In this document: one piece after another, positions 18,546 through 29,327 of the stretch
Layout: each line of letters starts with the position of its first letter
Numbering within the stretch: the stretch's first letter is position 1
DNA from: an uncultured delta proteobacterium
GTDB taxonomy: Bacteria > Desulfobacterota > Binatia > Binatales > Binataceae
DNA length: 64,000 nt
Assembly (NCBI GenBank): GCA_963842085.1
Contig: CAWJET010000001.1
Span: forward strand, 3,136,001 to 3,200,000
Reading direction: 5' to 3'
Position numbers and translations under genes: made by a program
The notes under the pieces: generated by a model
Databases searched by the model: none
What the model saw: only the letters and a program-made list of their open reading frames with translations
What the model was told of the DNA's origin: nothing

Positions 18546-19637
18546 CTACGGCTTCAGTGCTATATGGATCGCTTCTTCGCCGGGGACCTTTCCGGCCAGC
18601 ATGTTGATCGCGCGTTCCGCCTGTTCGAGCGGGAGCGTGTGAGTGTGCATCTTTTCGAGCGGATAGCGCCCCGACTCGATGATCCGAATCGCGGGACCAT
18701 AGCCGCGAAAGTCGACCCCTAGCGCGCCTTGCACCCGGATCTCCTTGAAGATGATCTTGTCGCTCGCCAGTTCCGGGACGGGCTTGGTCTTTACGCCTGC
18801 CAGTATCACCGTGCCGCCACGTTTCACCATGTCGATCGCCTGAACGACCGTGCTGGTCGAGTACGCGGCCACGTCCACGACCACATCTGCGCCCTTGCCG
18901 CCGGTGATCTCGCGCACGGCCTTCACCGGGTCATCCGCGTCGACGTTGATGGTGTGCGTGGCGCCGAATTCGGAAGCGAGCGCGAGCTTGCGCTTGTCCC
19001 GCGCGAGTCCGGTCACAATGATTTTTCCGGCGCCCGCCTCCTTGCAGGCAATCACGCTGGCGAGTCCGCGCTGCCCCGGTCCCAGGATCGCGACCGTGTC
19101 ACCGATACTGGTGCCGGGCATCTGCACGGCCCAGCGAATTCCCGCGCCGAGCGGATTAAACATCACCGCCAACTCCGCGGGTATCGATTTGGAGACTTTG
19201 TGCAGGACGGTATGCGGGTCCAGGTACATGTACTGCGCATAGCCGCCCCACAGCGCGGGCTTCACGTCGATCGGCGTGTAGCCATACGCGGACATCCGGC
19301 CCTTGCCGGTGCAGAGCCGGTACGCGCCCGACAAGCACTGCGTGCAGTACCCGCACGGCAGCAGCACTTCGACGGCGACGCGGTCGCCTTCGGCGACACC
19401 CCATCGTTTGGCCGCGAGCGGACCGATCTTTTCGATGATACCCAGCGGTTCGTGTCCGGGGATTACCGGTGACGAGATCGCGATGCCGCCCTCGTATTGC
19501 TCGTAGTCGCTGCCGCAGATTCCGCAGACCTCGAGCTTCAGGAGTGCGTCGTCGGCGGCGATCTCGGGCAGCGGGAATTCGCGCATCTCGAGCTTGCGGG
19601 CACCGGTCTGAACAATCGCCATACTGCTGGCGGCCAT
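18546..19637 (-). CDS. Zinc-binding (MDR) alcohol dehydrogenase
   Basis: CGICGSD, GHE and CGYCTQC..C motifs. Confidence 0.93.
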   Translation of the reverse strand: MAASSMAIVQTGARKLEMREFPLPEIAADDALLKLEVCGICGSDYEQYEGGIAISSPVIPGHEPLGIIEKIGPLAAKRWGVAEGDRVAVEVLLPCGYCTQCLSGAYRLCTGKGRMSAYGYTPIDVKPALWGGYAQYMYLDPHTVLHKVSKSIPAELAVMFNPLGAGIRWAVQMPGTSIGDTVAILGPGQRGLASVIACKEAGAGKIIVTGLARDKRKLALASEFGATHTINVDADDPVKAVREITGGKGADVVVDVAAYSTSTVVQAIDMVKRGGTVILAGVKTKPVPELASDKIIFKEIRVQGALGVDFRGYGPAIRIIESGRYPLEKMHTHTLPLEQAERAINMLAGKVPGEEAIHIALKP

Positions 19638-19646
19638 GACGTCCTC

Positions 19647-20524
19647 CTATTCCGGCAGCACGATTCTGTAGATCACCGAGCCGAACGCGATGGTACGTGG
19701 TCGGGCGTCAGCACGTCGACCCGATTGAAGAATATCTCCTTGCGGCGGCCGACCGTGTGCGCATATGCGATCGCGTCTTTGCCGGCCGGAGACGAGCAGA
19801 AGCTCGCGTCGATCGAAACGGTCGAGACCTTCATTCCCGGCTTCGGCCGGACGTTGGACCACGCGGCGAGCGCACCGGCGGTGTCGATCAGCGCGCCGAG
19901 CGCGCCCTCATGGATCGAACCGTCGCTCGCGCGGATATCGTCGCGCACCGGCATGGTCAACTTGGAGTGGCCGTCCATGAAACGATCGAGCCGGATGCCC
20001 AGTGCGCTGATGAACGGTGCACTGGCGAGCGCGCGCGCGATCGAAGGCATCTCGCCTTGCTGCGCCAGTCCACGCTCGGCGGCGACCCGGGCCGGCGACG
20101 GGTCTTCGGAAGGGACGGTGCGAAACACGACCATCGCGGATGCCAGCGCCTTGCCGTCGGCCGAGATGAGCGAGCAGCGCACGTGAGTCAGTTCCTTGCC
20201 GCGCCGCGCGACCTGGCCCTCGGCGAGCATTCCTTCGCCGACGGCCGACGACAGATAGGTCACGTTGAGCTCGACGCTGCCCGCTGAGAACGGCGCCGCG
20301 AGCTCGCACACCGAGAGCGCGGCCACGCGGCCGGCGATACCCAGCATCGACGACATCACGCCGCCACGCACCTGGCGGCCGGGATTGCTGACCTCGTCGC
20401 GATAGGGAAGCTCGAGTCGCGCGGAGCCAGACTCGACGCCGAGCGCCCGCACGCCGAGAAATCGGCAGTACGGTTCATTCAGCGCGGCGTCGACCAGGTT
20501 GCGAGCGTTGGCGGCAATTGGCAT
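19647..20524 (-). CDS. Double hot-dog PaaI-type thioesterase (probable 1-nt frameshift near the 3' end)
   Basis: Two PaaI repeats (VRGGVMSSML; IHEGALGALID); the natural C-terminus TIAFGSVIYRIVLPE is in another frame ending at 19647. Confidence 0.8.
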
Positions 20525-20540
20525 GCAAATCGTACCTCGG

Positions 20541-21101
20541 CTAGATCCTGGCGCGCGGCGCCTGGCCCTCGGGCCAACCGGGCACGCCGCTGTCGAGCGG
20601 GACCGCAGCCGCCTTCAGATAGAGCGCGAAGAATCTCCAGTTCGCGGTCACCGCCAGCAACTCGATTAACTGCGGCGTGTCGAACGCCTTGGCGAGCGTG
20701 TCCCAGGTCGCGGGGGAGATCTCGGTTCCGCGCATCAGCTCGTCCGTGAGCCTGAGCACTGCGCGATCGGTCTCATTGTACGACTTGCACGACTCGGGAT
20801 CGCGCACGCCCAGAATGTCTTCGTCGGGGATCTTGAGGCGCCGTGCCACCGCGGCGTGCTGGCAGAACTCGTACTCGGAACCGCTGAGCCATCCGGTGCG
20901 CAGGATTACCAGCTCGCGCACGCGCGGGTCCAATGAGCCTTCGAACAGCAGCGTGACAAGCAGCTTCCCCACTGCGCCCGCCGTCTTGGGATTGTTGAGC
21001 AACGAACGGAACGCGTTGACGCCGGCGAGGTCCGGGCGGATTCCCACCTCCGCGGCGCGTCGTTTGGATTCGTCGGGCGCAAGCAATGGAATCATGACCA
21101 C
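20541..21101 (-). CDS. Carboxymuconolactone decarboxylase/AhpD family protein
   Basis: LDPRVRELVILRTG...YEFCQH. Confidence 0.88.
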   Translation of the reverse strand: MVMIPLLAPDESKRRAAEVGIRPDLAGVNAFRSLLNNPKTAGAVGKLLVTLLFEGSLDPRVRELVILRTGWLSGSEYEFCQHAAVARRLKIPDEDILGVRDPESCKSYNETDRAVLRLTDELMRGTEISPATWDTLAKAFDTPQLIELLAVTANWRFFALYLKAAAVPLDSGVPGWPEGQAPRARI

Positions 21102-21287
21102 ATCCTCTTACATGTCGCGATGCGAGCAACGAGCACTGGAATCGTCACGACACTAAACCCTGGCCGATGGTTTTCCAAGAAGTGATTTTCTGCCGCCGCG
21201 CCAGCAGTTCGTGATGATGTGTGCGAGAGCGAAGCGTTGCTACAATCAATTTTCCTCTTAAAATGCACGGCGAAATGAGGTTACGCG

Positions 21288-21836
21288 ATGATTCTGAAAG
21301 TTGCCCGTCTCGGATTCCCGTCGCTTCGGACCGTTGCCAGCCCGGTGCCGGCCGATCGGATCAAGAGCAAAGAGTTCCAGCGGCTGATCGACGACATGAT
21401 CGAGACGATGTACGAGTACAGCGGCGTCGGCCTCGCCGCCCCGCAGGTGCATCTGCCGATCCAACTGGCGGTGCTCGAAGTGCATGACCATCCGCGATAC
21501 CCCGACATGTCGGAGGTGCCGCTGACGGTGCTCGTCAACCCGGTGGTGACGATTCTGGACCGGACGTTCGTCGAGGACTGGGAAGGATGTCTGAGCGTGC
21601 CGGAGCTTCGGGGGCGCGTGCCGCGATTCAAGCAGCTACGCGTGACAGCGCTGGGGCGCGACGCAGAGCCGATGGAGATTGTCGCGTCGGATTTTCACGC
21701 GCGCGTAATACAGCATGAGACGGATCATCTGAAGGGCGAAATTTACCTGGACCGGATGCCGGATATGCGAGCGCGGGGGTTTTTGCAGGAATGGCAGAGA
21801 TACATGCTGAAGGAGGAGGGGGAGAAGAAGGAGTAA
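21288..21836 (+). CDS. def: Peptide deformylase
   Basis: GVGLAAPQ, EGCLS and QHETDHL motifs. Confidence 0.97.
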   Translation: MILKVARLGFPSLRTVASPVPADRIKSKEFQRLIDDMIETMYEYSGVGLAAPQVHLPIQLAVLEVHDHPRYPDMSEVPLTVLVNPVVTILDRTFVEDWEGCLSVPELRGRVPRFKQLRVTALGRDAEPMEIVASDFHARVIQHETDHLKGEIYLDRMPDMRARGFLQEWQRYMLKEEGEKKE

Positions 21837-21851
21837 AGGGGCCGAACGCGA

Positions 21852-22142
21852 CTACTTCGGCGGCGGGGGAACCACTGGCATCTTGCCGGTGGCCTTGAAG
21901 GTTGCGATCGCCTTGCGCATCTCTTCGTTCTGCGCGGCGAGAATGTTTTGCTCGTTCTGGACTTTCGAGAGTTCGGCTTTGAGCTGCTCGTTTTCATTTT
22001 GCAGCTTGAGCAGCGCGTCATTCAGCTGCGAGATCTGCTGGGTCTGCGCCTCGATGCGCGTGCGATAACTGCTCGAGTAGAAAAAGAACAGCAGCGCCGC
22101 GACTATCGCGACGATCAATCCGCCTATGAACAATCGTGCCAT
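21852..22142 (-). CDS. Small membrane-anchored coiled-coil hypothetical protein
   Basis: N-terminal TM helix followed by heptad repeats. Confidence 0.75.
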   Translation of the reverse strand: MARLFIGGLIVAIVAALLFFFYSSSYRTRIEAQTQQISQLNDALLKLQNENEQLKAELSKVQNEQNILAAQNEEMRKAIATFKATGKMPVVPPPPK

Positions 22143-22378
22143 CTACGCACCGTCCCTTGGAGGTGTCGAGCCGGTTCAGCCGGCGCGCGCATCGGGAAAC
22201 ATTAGCTCATCGGCAAGCAGAAAAACTGAATTGACTTCCCTGGCCGGCCATTCCTAAAATAACTGGATCGTACTTCTGGCCGGCCGCCGTTGGCACCACC
22301 TTGAGAATTATGCACACACCGCGGCGCCGATAACCTCGGGGTCGCTGAACTTCGCACACCGGCTTAAAGCAGGCTTTC

Positions 22379-23332
22379 ATGATAGAGGTCCAGGAGTTAA
22401 CCAAATATTTCGGCGCCACGCTTGCCGTAAACCACGTTTCGTTCAAGGTCGAGAAGGGCGAGATCATCGGATTGCTGGGTCCCAACGGGTCGGGCAAGAC
22501 GACGATCATGCGGATACTGACCGGATTTTTTCCGGCCACTTCCGGACGCGCGCTGATCGGCGGGCTTGACGTCGCCGAGCATTCGCTCGAGACGCGGCGG
22601 CGCGTCGGCTACCTGCCGGAAAACATGGTGCTGTACCCGGATCTCAGCGTCGATGCGCTGCTCGAATTCGGCGCGCGCGTGCGCGAAATCGATCCGAGGA
22701 CGACGCGCGATCGAATCGAATATTCGCTCGAGACCTGCGGGCTGAAGGACGTGCGGCGCAAGCTTATCGGCAAGCTGTCGAAGGGTTACCGGCAGCGCGT
22801 CGGAATCGCGCAGGCAATCCTGAGCGATCCCGAAGTGCTGATTCTCGACGAGCCGACGGTCGGGCTCGATCCACGGCAAGTGGTGGAAATCCGCGACCTG
22901 ATACGGTCGCTGGCGGGACATTCTACCGTGCTGCTCTCGACCCACATCCTGCCCGAGGTCAACATGACGTGCCGGCGCGTCGTGATTATCGATCGCGGAC
23001 GAATCGTCGCGCAGGACACGCCCGAGCACCTTACGGCGAAACTGCAGGGCACCGACCAGACGCTGATCACGGTGACCGGCCCGTCGCCGGCGGTGCGCGA
23101 GGCGCTGACCGCCGTCAAGTTCGTGCAGCGGCTCGAAGACCGTCCGGTCGACGGCGGCTCGAACGGCGTGTGCTCGTTCGTGGCGTACTCGAGCGGGCAT
23201 GGCGAAGAAGTCCGCTCGGCGCTGGCGGCGTGCGTCGTGCAGCACGGATGGGGTCTGCTCGAAATCAAACCGATGGCGCTCAGTCTTGAAGATTTGTTCA
23301 TGCGGCTCGTCACTAAGGAAGAGCGGGTCTAG
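22379..23332 (+). CDS. ABC transporter ATP-binding protein (GldA-like)
   Basis: GPNGSGKTT, LSKGYRQR and LILDEPT motifs. Confidence 0.95.
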   Translation: MIEVQELTKYFGATLAVNHVSFKVEKGEIIGLLGPNGSGKTTIMRILTGFFPATSGRALIGGLDVAEHSLETRRRVGYLPENMVLYPDLSVDALLEFGARVREIDPRTTRDRIEYSLETCGLKDVRRKLIGKLSKGYRQRVGIAQAILSDPEVLILDEPTVGLDPRQVVEIRDLIRSLAGHSTVLLSTHILPEVNMTCRRVVIIDRGRIVAQDTPEHLTAKLQGTDQTLITVTGPSPAVREALTAVKFVQRLEDRPVDGGSNGVCSFVAYSSGHGEEVRSALAACVVQHGWGLLEIKPMALSLEDLFMRLVTKEERV

Positions 23333-23373
23333 GCGCGTCGTGCGCGAAGGATCAACGTTGGTTGAGGTAGTCG

Positions 23374-24210
23374 ATGTCTGACGGTGCAGCCACGCTTGAA
23401 GTGGCGGGTTCCGCCGCCGAGACCCGCCGTGCCGCGATTCGCGCCGCGGGGACGGGCTTTTCGGTGGGCCGGATGCTCGCGGTGACGCGCAAGGAATTGC
23501 GCTCGTATTTCGCCTTTCCGCTGGTCTACGTGTTGTCGGGCGTGTTCCTGGTGCTGGCGGGATACTACGCGTACACCGACATGGTGTTCTTCGTCACGAT
23601 CGCGTTCGCCCGCGACATCATCCAGAACTACTGGCAGTTGCTGTTCTCGGACATCCGGCTGTGCCTGCTGCTGACGCTGCCGTTTATCACGATGCGGTTG
23701 TTTGCGGAGGAGCGGAAGCTCGGCACGATCGAATTGCTCTACACGTATCCGCTGCGCGATGGCGAGATACTTGGCGGCAAGTACCTGGCGTCGGTCGCGA
23801 TCTTCATCATGATGCTGGTGCTGACGGTGCTGTACCCGGTTTACGTTTACGGCATCCACTCGTTCCCGCTGTTTCCGCTGGTCGCCGGCTACCTGGGCTT
23901 GCTGCTGATCGGGTGCGCGTTTATCGCGTGCGGCGTGTTCATTTCGTCGCTGTGCGAGAGCCAGGTGATGGCGGGGATGGGCACGATCACGCTGTTGCTG
24001 TTCTTCTGGATTCTCAACTGGAACGAGGCCGCGTTCACCAGCTCGTGGCTGCAACCGATGCGCGCGTTCTCGCTGTTCGATCAGTTCGGCGGCTTCGCCA
24101 AGGGCGTGATCGATCTCGATCACGTAACCTACTTCATTTTCTTCGTCATCTTTTTTCTGTTTCTCACGCAGCGCTCGATGGAGGCACGCAAGTGGACGGG
24201 CCGGCGCTAA
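23374..24210 (+). CDS. ABC-2 type permease (GldF-like)
   Basis: KELRSYF and ITMRLFAEERKLGTIELL motifs; about 6 TM helices. Confidence 0.9.
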   Translation: MSDGAATLEVAGSAAETRRAAIRAAGTGFSVGRMLAVTRKELRSYFAFPLVYVLSGVFLVLAGYYAYTDMVFFVTIAFARDIIQNYWQLLFSDIRLCLLLTLPFITMRLFAEERKLGTIELLYTYPLRDGEILGGKYLASVAIFIMMLVLTVLYPVYVYGIHSFPLFPLVAGYLGLLLIGCAFIACGVFISSLCESQVMAGMGTITLLLFFWILNWNEAAFTSSWLQPMRAFSLFDQFGGFAKGVIDLDHVTYFIFFVIFFLFLTQRSMEARKWTGRR

Positions 24211-25628
24211 AGGAATCGACCACGGCCGGGCGCCGCTCGATCTGGATGAACTACGCGGTGCTGCTTTACACCGCGATCGCGTTCGGCGCCGTGCTGATCG
24301 TCGCCAACGGGATAATCTCCACGCGCAACGTCCGCTGGGATCTGACGCCGCAGAAACAATTTTCGCTCTCGGACTTCGACAAGCGCGTGCTCGGCGGACT
24401 GACGCACAACGTCAAGGTGATGGCGTTCGTGCGGACCGAGGATCCCGCCTACCTGGAGCTCGCGGACCTGCTGTTCCAGGCGGCCGCGTTCACGCCGCGC
24501 GTCACCTACCAGGTGATCGACGTCAACAAGGCGCCGGGGCTGGCGCGCGAGTACGGCGTGTCGAGTTACGGCGAGGTGGTGGTGGAATCGCAGGGGCGGC
24601 GCCGCGACTTCGACAACGCGCGCTCGGACGAGCTGATCCCGGCGATCCTGCAGATTTCCTCGGACGCCAACAAGCACATCTACTTCACCGTCGGGCATGG
24701 CGAGCGCGACCTGTTCAATACCGATCGCAGCCTGGGCTACTCGGAATGGCGCGGGCTGCTCGAACAGAACAACTATCAGATCGATAACGTCTCGCTGTTC
24801 GCCAGCGGCGTGCCCGACGACGCGAAGGTGGTGGTGTCGCTTGGGCCGCAAAAGGATTTTCTGCCCGAGGAATTGGCGGCGCTCGCCAAGTACCTGGGCC
24901 ACGGCGGCCATTACATCGCGATCATCGATCCCTATGGATCGCCATCGCTGGTCGAGTTCCTGAAAAAGTACTACCTCGATTTCATTCCGCAGGTCGTCGT
25001 TGATCCCGCGTATCGCCTGACCGCGGGCGAAATTCTCACGACGCAGATTCCGCTGCGCTCGGAAGATAATGCGATGAGCCGTTCGATGAGCGCGCCGGCG
25101 GTGTTCTCACTGGCGCGCGGCGTGATGATCGCCGGTGCGGTCGGCGCCATCGCGCCCGACGACTTGAAGGTCGCGGAAGAGAGCAAGTTCCTTTCGTCGT
25201 CGCATGAGAGCTGGGCGTCGGGCGATCCCAACGCGTTGACGACCGGAATCACCGAGTACAAGGCCGGCCGCGATATCAAGGGGCCGATTCCGGTGGCCTC
25301 CGAGCTGGATTTCGCGCCGGCGTCGAATCCGCACATCCCGGTGCAGCAGATGACGCGGCTGGTGGGGATCGGCAGCTCCGCCTTCGCCTCGAACCAGTTT
25401 ATCGAGATGCTCGGGAATCGCGATCTCGCGGTGAGCCTGATCAATGAGATGGCAGGCGATGAGATGCTGATCGCGAGCCGCGAACGGCTCAACAAGAGCG
25501 AAACCGCCGCCTTCTACATCAGCGATCAAGAGTCGCGGCACCTGCTGTTTTTCGGATCGGTGGTCGAACCGGCGATCCTCTTTCTGATCGCGATCACGGT
25601 CCTGGTGCGGCGGAGGTTTTTTGCGTGA
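24192..25628 (+). CDS. GldG family ABC auxiliary component
   Basis: RWDLTPQKQFSLS; IYFTVGHGE; N- and C-terminal TM helices; start approximate. Confidence 0.88.
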   Translation: MDGPALKESTTAGRRSIWMNYAVLLYTAIAFGAVLIVANGIISTRNVRWDLTPQKQFSLSDFDKRVLGGLTHNVKVMAFVRTEDPAYLELADLLFQAAAFTPRVTYQVIDVNKAPGLAREYGVSSYGEVVVESQGRRRDFDNARSDELIPAILQISSDANKHIYFTVGHGERDLFNTDRSLGYSEWRGLLEQNNYQIDNVSLFASGVPDDAKVVVSLGPQKDFLPEELAALAKYLGHGGHYIAIIDPYGSPSLVEFLKKYYLDFIPQVVVDPAYRLTAGEILTTQIPLRSEDNAMSRSMSAPAVFSLARGVMIAGAVGAIAPDDLKVAEESKFLSSSHESWASGDPNALTTGITEYKAGRDIKGPIPVASELDFAPASNPHIPVQQMTRLVGIGSSAFASNQFIEMLGNRDLAVSLINEMAGDEMLIASRERLNKSETAAFYISDQESRHLLFFGSVVEPAILFLIAITVLVRRRFFA

Positions 25629-26170
25629 GCGTGCGCCCGGCAATCTTCTACACGATCGTTTTTTTCATCCTGCTGCCGATTTACTTCTGGATTCAGCCGA
25701 GCATAAAGCCGGCGAGTGCGCTGGAGGAGACACAGGAGAGCCTGCTGAAGCTTGACGAGGGGATCGACGCGATCAGCCTTTCGAGCGGAGCGGAATCGCT
25801 GCGTTTCCAGAAGGCCAAGGACGGCAAGTTCTACGAGCTCGTAACCCCGCCGGGAAAATTTATCCCGCGTGACCTGATGGCAGCGATGGTCTCGCTGCTG
25901 ACCGGTGCGAAATCAGTCGAAGTGGTGGCGGACAATTCAAGTGACCTCGCGCAATTCGGACTCGACCATCCAAAGTCCGTGATGAGCATCGAGGCGCCCG
26001 GCAAGCCGCAGCCGATCAAGATCGCGTTCGGCAATGAAAACCCGACGCATACCGCGGTCTACGCGCAGATCGAGGGACTACCGAAAGTGTTTCTGCTCGG
26101 CGAGAACATCGAGTACTACCAATCGCTGATGTTCCAGTGGATCGAGGGCAAGCAGGGCAAGAACGCGTAA
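25625..26170 (+). CDS. DUF4340-like protein of the Gld-type ABC operon
   Basis: DLAQFGLDHP and FGNENPT..VYA motifs; GTGA overlap with the upstream gene. Confidence 0.75.
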   Translation: MSVRPAIFYTIVFFILLPIYFWIQPSIKPASALEETQESLLKLDEGIDAISLSSGAESLRFQKAKDGKFYELVTPPGKFIPRDLMAAMVSLLTGAKSVEVVADNSSDLAQFGLDHPKSVMSIEAPGKPQPIKIAFGNENPTHTAVYAQIEGLPKVFLLGENIEYYQSLMFQWIEGKQGKNA

Positions 26171-26193
26171 ACGTAATAAGCTTCGTAGATGAC

Positions 26194-26964
26194 TTAGTCG
26201 CGATCGCTGCGATCGGCCAGTGACCCGTCAGCGCGCTTGTGCGGACTGTGAAACGCAACCAATCGAGCGTCTGTGTAAGCGACCGTCCCGTGGTGGTTGT
26301 AAACGAAGCTAGTGATCCCGACGCCTGGCACGATGCGGAAAGTCATATCGTCGGGTCCAGTGTGCTGGAAGATCTCCCATCCGCGTCCGCTCGACCCCTT
26401 CACCTCTTTGCTCACAAACCAGCAATACATATGTGCCGCGAGCAATTCGGGGCTGTCAGTGCCTTCCGCGGCGACGCAGTCGCCAACGTGAACAGGAAAT
26501 TTCAGGAGTAGTTCCCCCACTTCCTGGCCGCGGCTCGCCTTCGCCGCGAGCGTTTCGCCTTCAGCTTCACTATCGGCATCGGCTTCGAACAGGCCCTTGC
26601 CATTTTCGACCAGAACGGTGAAGCCGGGCGTGGTCTTGGGGTTGTACCAGGCGAGTTCAAATGGAAAGCCTTTAATCACAGCCGCTGTCAAACCCGGCGC
26701 GGAAAAAGTTTTCACGATCTCCGTAGTCCACCGAAGATTGCCGCTACGAACTCCAGGAACATCAGTATTCATCCACTTTGCGCGACCTGCATAGCTCCAA
26801 GTCGTTCCCTCACTTAAAGGGTAGATCGGATCGCGCTGGGCCGCCGATGCAAGCGCCGCAAAGGTGACTAGCGCGGCGATACTGCAGACGACCCGACAGG
26901 CGGCTTTTGTCCGACAAGCGAAGGGACGCGACATCCCACCGGTCCGCATTTCGCTACTTTTCAC
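26194..26964 (-). CDS. Hypothetical secreted protein
   Basis: Signal-like segment; beta-rich body (YPLSEGTTWSY; IVPGVGI); start uncertain. Confidence 0.65.
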   Translation of the reverse strand: MKSSEMRTGGMSRPFACRTKAACRVVCSIAALVTFAALASAAQRDPIYPLSEGTTWSYAGRAKWMNTDVPGVRSGNLRWTTEIVKTFSAPGLTAAVIKGFPFELAWYNPKTTPGFTVLVENGKGLFEADADSEAEGETLAAKASRGQEVGELLLKFPVHVGDCVAAEGTDSPELLAAHMYCWFVSKEVKGSSGRGWEIFQHTGPDDMTFRIVPGVGITSFVYNHHGTVAYTDARLVAFHSPHKRADGSLADRSDRD

Positions 26965-27239
26965 TGAACAACGATTCGCTTTTCCTCGACGATGTGTTCC
27001 AGCGCGCGCAGGAAATGCTCGTAGTACTCGCCGTGATCCGAAGTGCCATCGCGGGCGCGGATTCGGTCTGACGCGCGGACTTCGGCAATCAGTCGATCGC
27101 GAAATTCATCCCAGGTGAAATGACCGGACTCTGAGAGTTTCAGCGCGATTGCAAATGCCCGCGCCTCCCAAGGCGCGCTGAAAACCTGGCCGGGGTCAAG
27201 GCGCGCTCCCTCGATCAAGTTGTCCAGCGCAGTGCTCAT
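26961..27239 (-). CDS. Nitrile hydratase accessory/activator protein (P14K-like)
   Basis: [13 protein letters not shown]...FTWDEF...[10 protein letters not shown]; directly downstream of nthA. Confidence 0.9.
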   Translation of the reverse strand: MSTALDNLIEGARLDPGQVFSAPWEARAFAIALKLSESGHFTWDEFRDRLIAEVRASDRIRARDGTSDHGEYYEHFLRALEHIVEEKRIVVQ

Positions 27240-27841
27240 GCGTGCGGCGCGTCGACCTTCGCCACTCCGACCATCGAGTCCCGCGTCACGAGCGCGGCGA
27301 GGTCGTCCTCACTCATCCTCGCGGTTCCCTTTGGCCGCTGCGGAATGACGAGGTAGCGGATCTCCGCGCTCGAATCCCACACCCGTACTTCGACGTCGCT
27401 CGCCAGCTCGAGTCCGAAGTCCTTGAGCACGCCGCGCGGATCGCTGACAGCCCGCGAGCGGTAGGCGAAGCTCTTGTACCATACGGGCGGCAAGCCCAGC
27501 ACCGGCCACGGGTAGCATGAGCACAAAGTGCAGACGACCAGATTGTGGACGCGAGCGGTATTCTCGACGGCGACCAGATGGCCGCCTTCGGGACCTGCAT
27601 ACCCCAGTTCCGCCACGGCGGCGGTCGCGTCCGCCAGCAGGCGCTTGCGATACGCGGGATCGGTCCACGCCTTCGCGACGACGCGTGCGCCGTTGCGCGG
27701 ACCGACGCGGGTCTCGTAGGTGTCGACGATCGCGTCGATGGCGGCGGGATCGATCAGCCTCTTCTCCGTGAGCAGCGCTTCCAGAGCCTTCACGCGCGCG
27801 GCTGGTCCGGTGTCGTCGGTATTATGATGATCCCCGCTCAT
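27236..27841 (-). CDS. nthA: Nitrile hydratase alpha subunit, cobalt type
   Basis: Metal motif [11 protein letters not shown] (T/Y indicates Co type); GLPPVWYKS. Confidence 0.97.
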   Translation of the reverse strand: MSGDHHNTDDTGPAARVKALEALLTEKRLIDPAAIDAIVDTYETRVGPRNGARVVAKAWTDPAYRKRLLADATAAVAELGYAGPEGGHLVAVENTARVHNLVVCTLCSCYPWPVLGLPPVWYKSFAYRSRAVSDPRGVLKDFGLELASDVEVRVWDSSAEIRYLVIPQRPKGTARMSEDDLAALVTRDSMVGVAKVDAPHA

Positions 27842-27845
27842 CGTT

Positions 27846-28562
27846 TCACCTTCTACCCGGGCGGCGCGGTGTCTTGCGCTTCGAAGTTTTAGGCCTGGAT
27901 TTCGACGCGAGCGGTTCCAGGTAGTCTTCCCACAAATCTACATACACCCGCTCCCGGCTGTTCGCTTTCGCTGATTTGCCCCACAGCTCGCGCGCATCGA
28001 ACGAGACCGAATAGCAATGTTGCGGCTTGGTCCCGGCGTGATGAGCGTTGGTATCGGGGAAGACGAACACGCCCCAGTCGCGCGCGATGACGCCGGCTTT
28101 GCCGCGCACGTAACGCGGCAGACGCGTGTGTCCGGAAGGATTCAGATTGCGCGCGCGCACGCGATCGCCTTTGGCATAGCGGACGCGCGGCGGCTTCGCG
28201 CCGGGTTTCTCTCTGACGGGAGCCGGACCTCGCGTCGTGACCGCGTTCGCGATCAGACTCGGATCGATCGCCGAGTCTTCTTTCGCGAGCAGTCCTTCGC
28301 GCGTCACGACGCCATGCTCGACGAGCAAAGTCTCGATCGCCGCGAGCCATCGTTCGTAGTAACTCGATGCGAGGTATCGCGCGGGTGGAATCCGCTCGAT
28401 GGCGTGACGATGCTCGTCGATATTGAACCCCGCCGAGCCCACCACGAGGCTCGCCAGCGCATACATTCGCCCCTCCCAGGCGGCGTGAAAGACTGGCTCG
28501 TTCTGTTCGCGGAGGACCGGCCCGAAACCGTCCATCCCGCCCATGCCATGGACCCCGTTCAT
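27846..28562 (-). CDS. nthB: Nitrile hydratase beta subunit
   Basis: [27 protein letters not shown] and DLWEDYLE motifs. Confidence 0.96.
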   Translation of the reverse strand: MNGVHGMGGMDGFGPVLREQNEPVFHAAWEGRMYALASLVVGSAGFNIDEHRHAIERIPPARYLASSYYERWLAAIETLLVEHGVVTREGLLAKEDSAIDPSLIANAVTTRGPAPVREKPGAKPPRVRYAKGDRVRARNLNPSGHTRLPRYVRGKAGVIARDWGVFVFPDTNAHHAGTKPQHCYSVSFDARELWGKSAKANSRERVYVDLWEDYLEPLASKSRPKTSKRKTPRRPGRR

Positions 28563-28685
28563 CGCGGTGATTATCGTGGAGACTTGCCCATACGGGCAAG
28601 CGCGTTGCTGCGAATCGCGTCGCTGGGTGGTAATTTAGCTACTCTTGTGAAGTCTAGCATAGCTCTGATAGGCTCCAAACGACCG

Positions 28686-29231
28686 ATGGAAACTGATCGC
28701 CAATCACGTCAACCGCAAGTTGCATGGCCCTTCGATCTTCGGGTCTTCGCCGTCATGGCGGGGCTATGGGCGCTGTGTCTGGCGATTAGCGCGTTCGTCC
28801 GCATTGGCGACGTGGACGTGGTCGATCCAATCGAAACCATTTTCGCCGGGGTGCGATTCAACGGCGAAGACGCGCGCCTGGTGCTGATCGTCGAGGCGGG
28901 AATATTCGCAGCGATGGCGGTTGGAGTTTTTGCGCATCGCCGATGGGGTTTGTTGCTGGCGCTTTGCTACATGGCCCAGCTCGTGATGAGCCATCTCGCA
29001 TTTGCGATCGCGTACCTGCCAGTTCGATCGGAATGGATGAATGTGCGTGCGGCCGCGTCGCAGGGGCCGATGTTGGTGCTGATCACGCTGTTCCTTTGGA
29101 TTCGCGCGTACGATTTGATTTTCGATTCGCCGCCGGCGGATGCGCGCCCGCGGCCGGCATCCGACGCTGATCATCGGGCGGCGGTTTGCGCGGATTCCGG
29201 CGCCCGCGATGCCGCCGCTATGGCGAAGTGA
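28686..29231 (+). CDS. Hypothetical membrane protein (about 4 TM helices)
   Basis: Hydrophobic ORF portion starting at ATG 28686. Confidence 0.7.
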   Translation: METDRQSRQPQVAWPFDLRVFAVMAGLWALCLAISAFVRIGDVDVVDPIETIFAGVRFNGEDARLVLIVEAGIFAAMAVGVFAHRRWGLLLALCYMAQLVMSHLAFAIAYLPVRSEWMNVRAAASQGPMLVLITLFLWIRAYDLIFDSPPADARPRPASDADHRAAVCADSGARDAAAMAK

Positions 29232-29327
29232 ATGTCCGATTTGTCGAAGGCTCTGCTAGAATTGCAATCGCTCAGTCGCATGTTGAGCGTTATGGTAATG
29301 CAGATGCCAGACCCTTCAGCAATAGAT

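Noticed and set aside
23661-24191. N-terminal extension of the GldG ORF
   Set aside because: Overlaps the permease in another frame and is low-complexity; homology starts near 24192
28017-28685. N-terminal extension of the membrane protein ORF
   Set aside because: Antisense to nthB; a plausible protein starts at 28686
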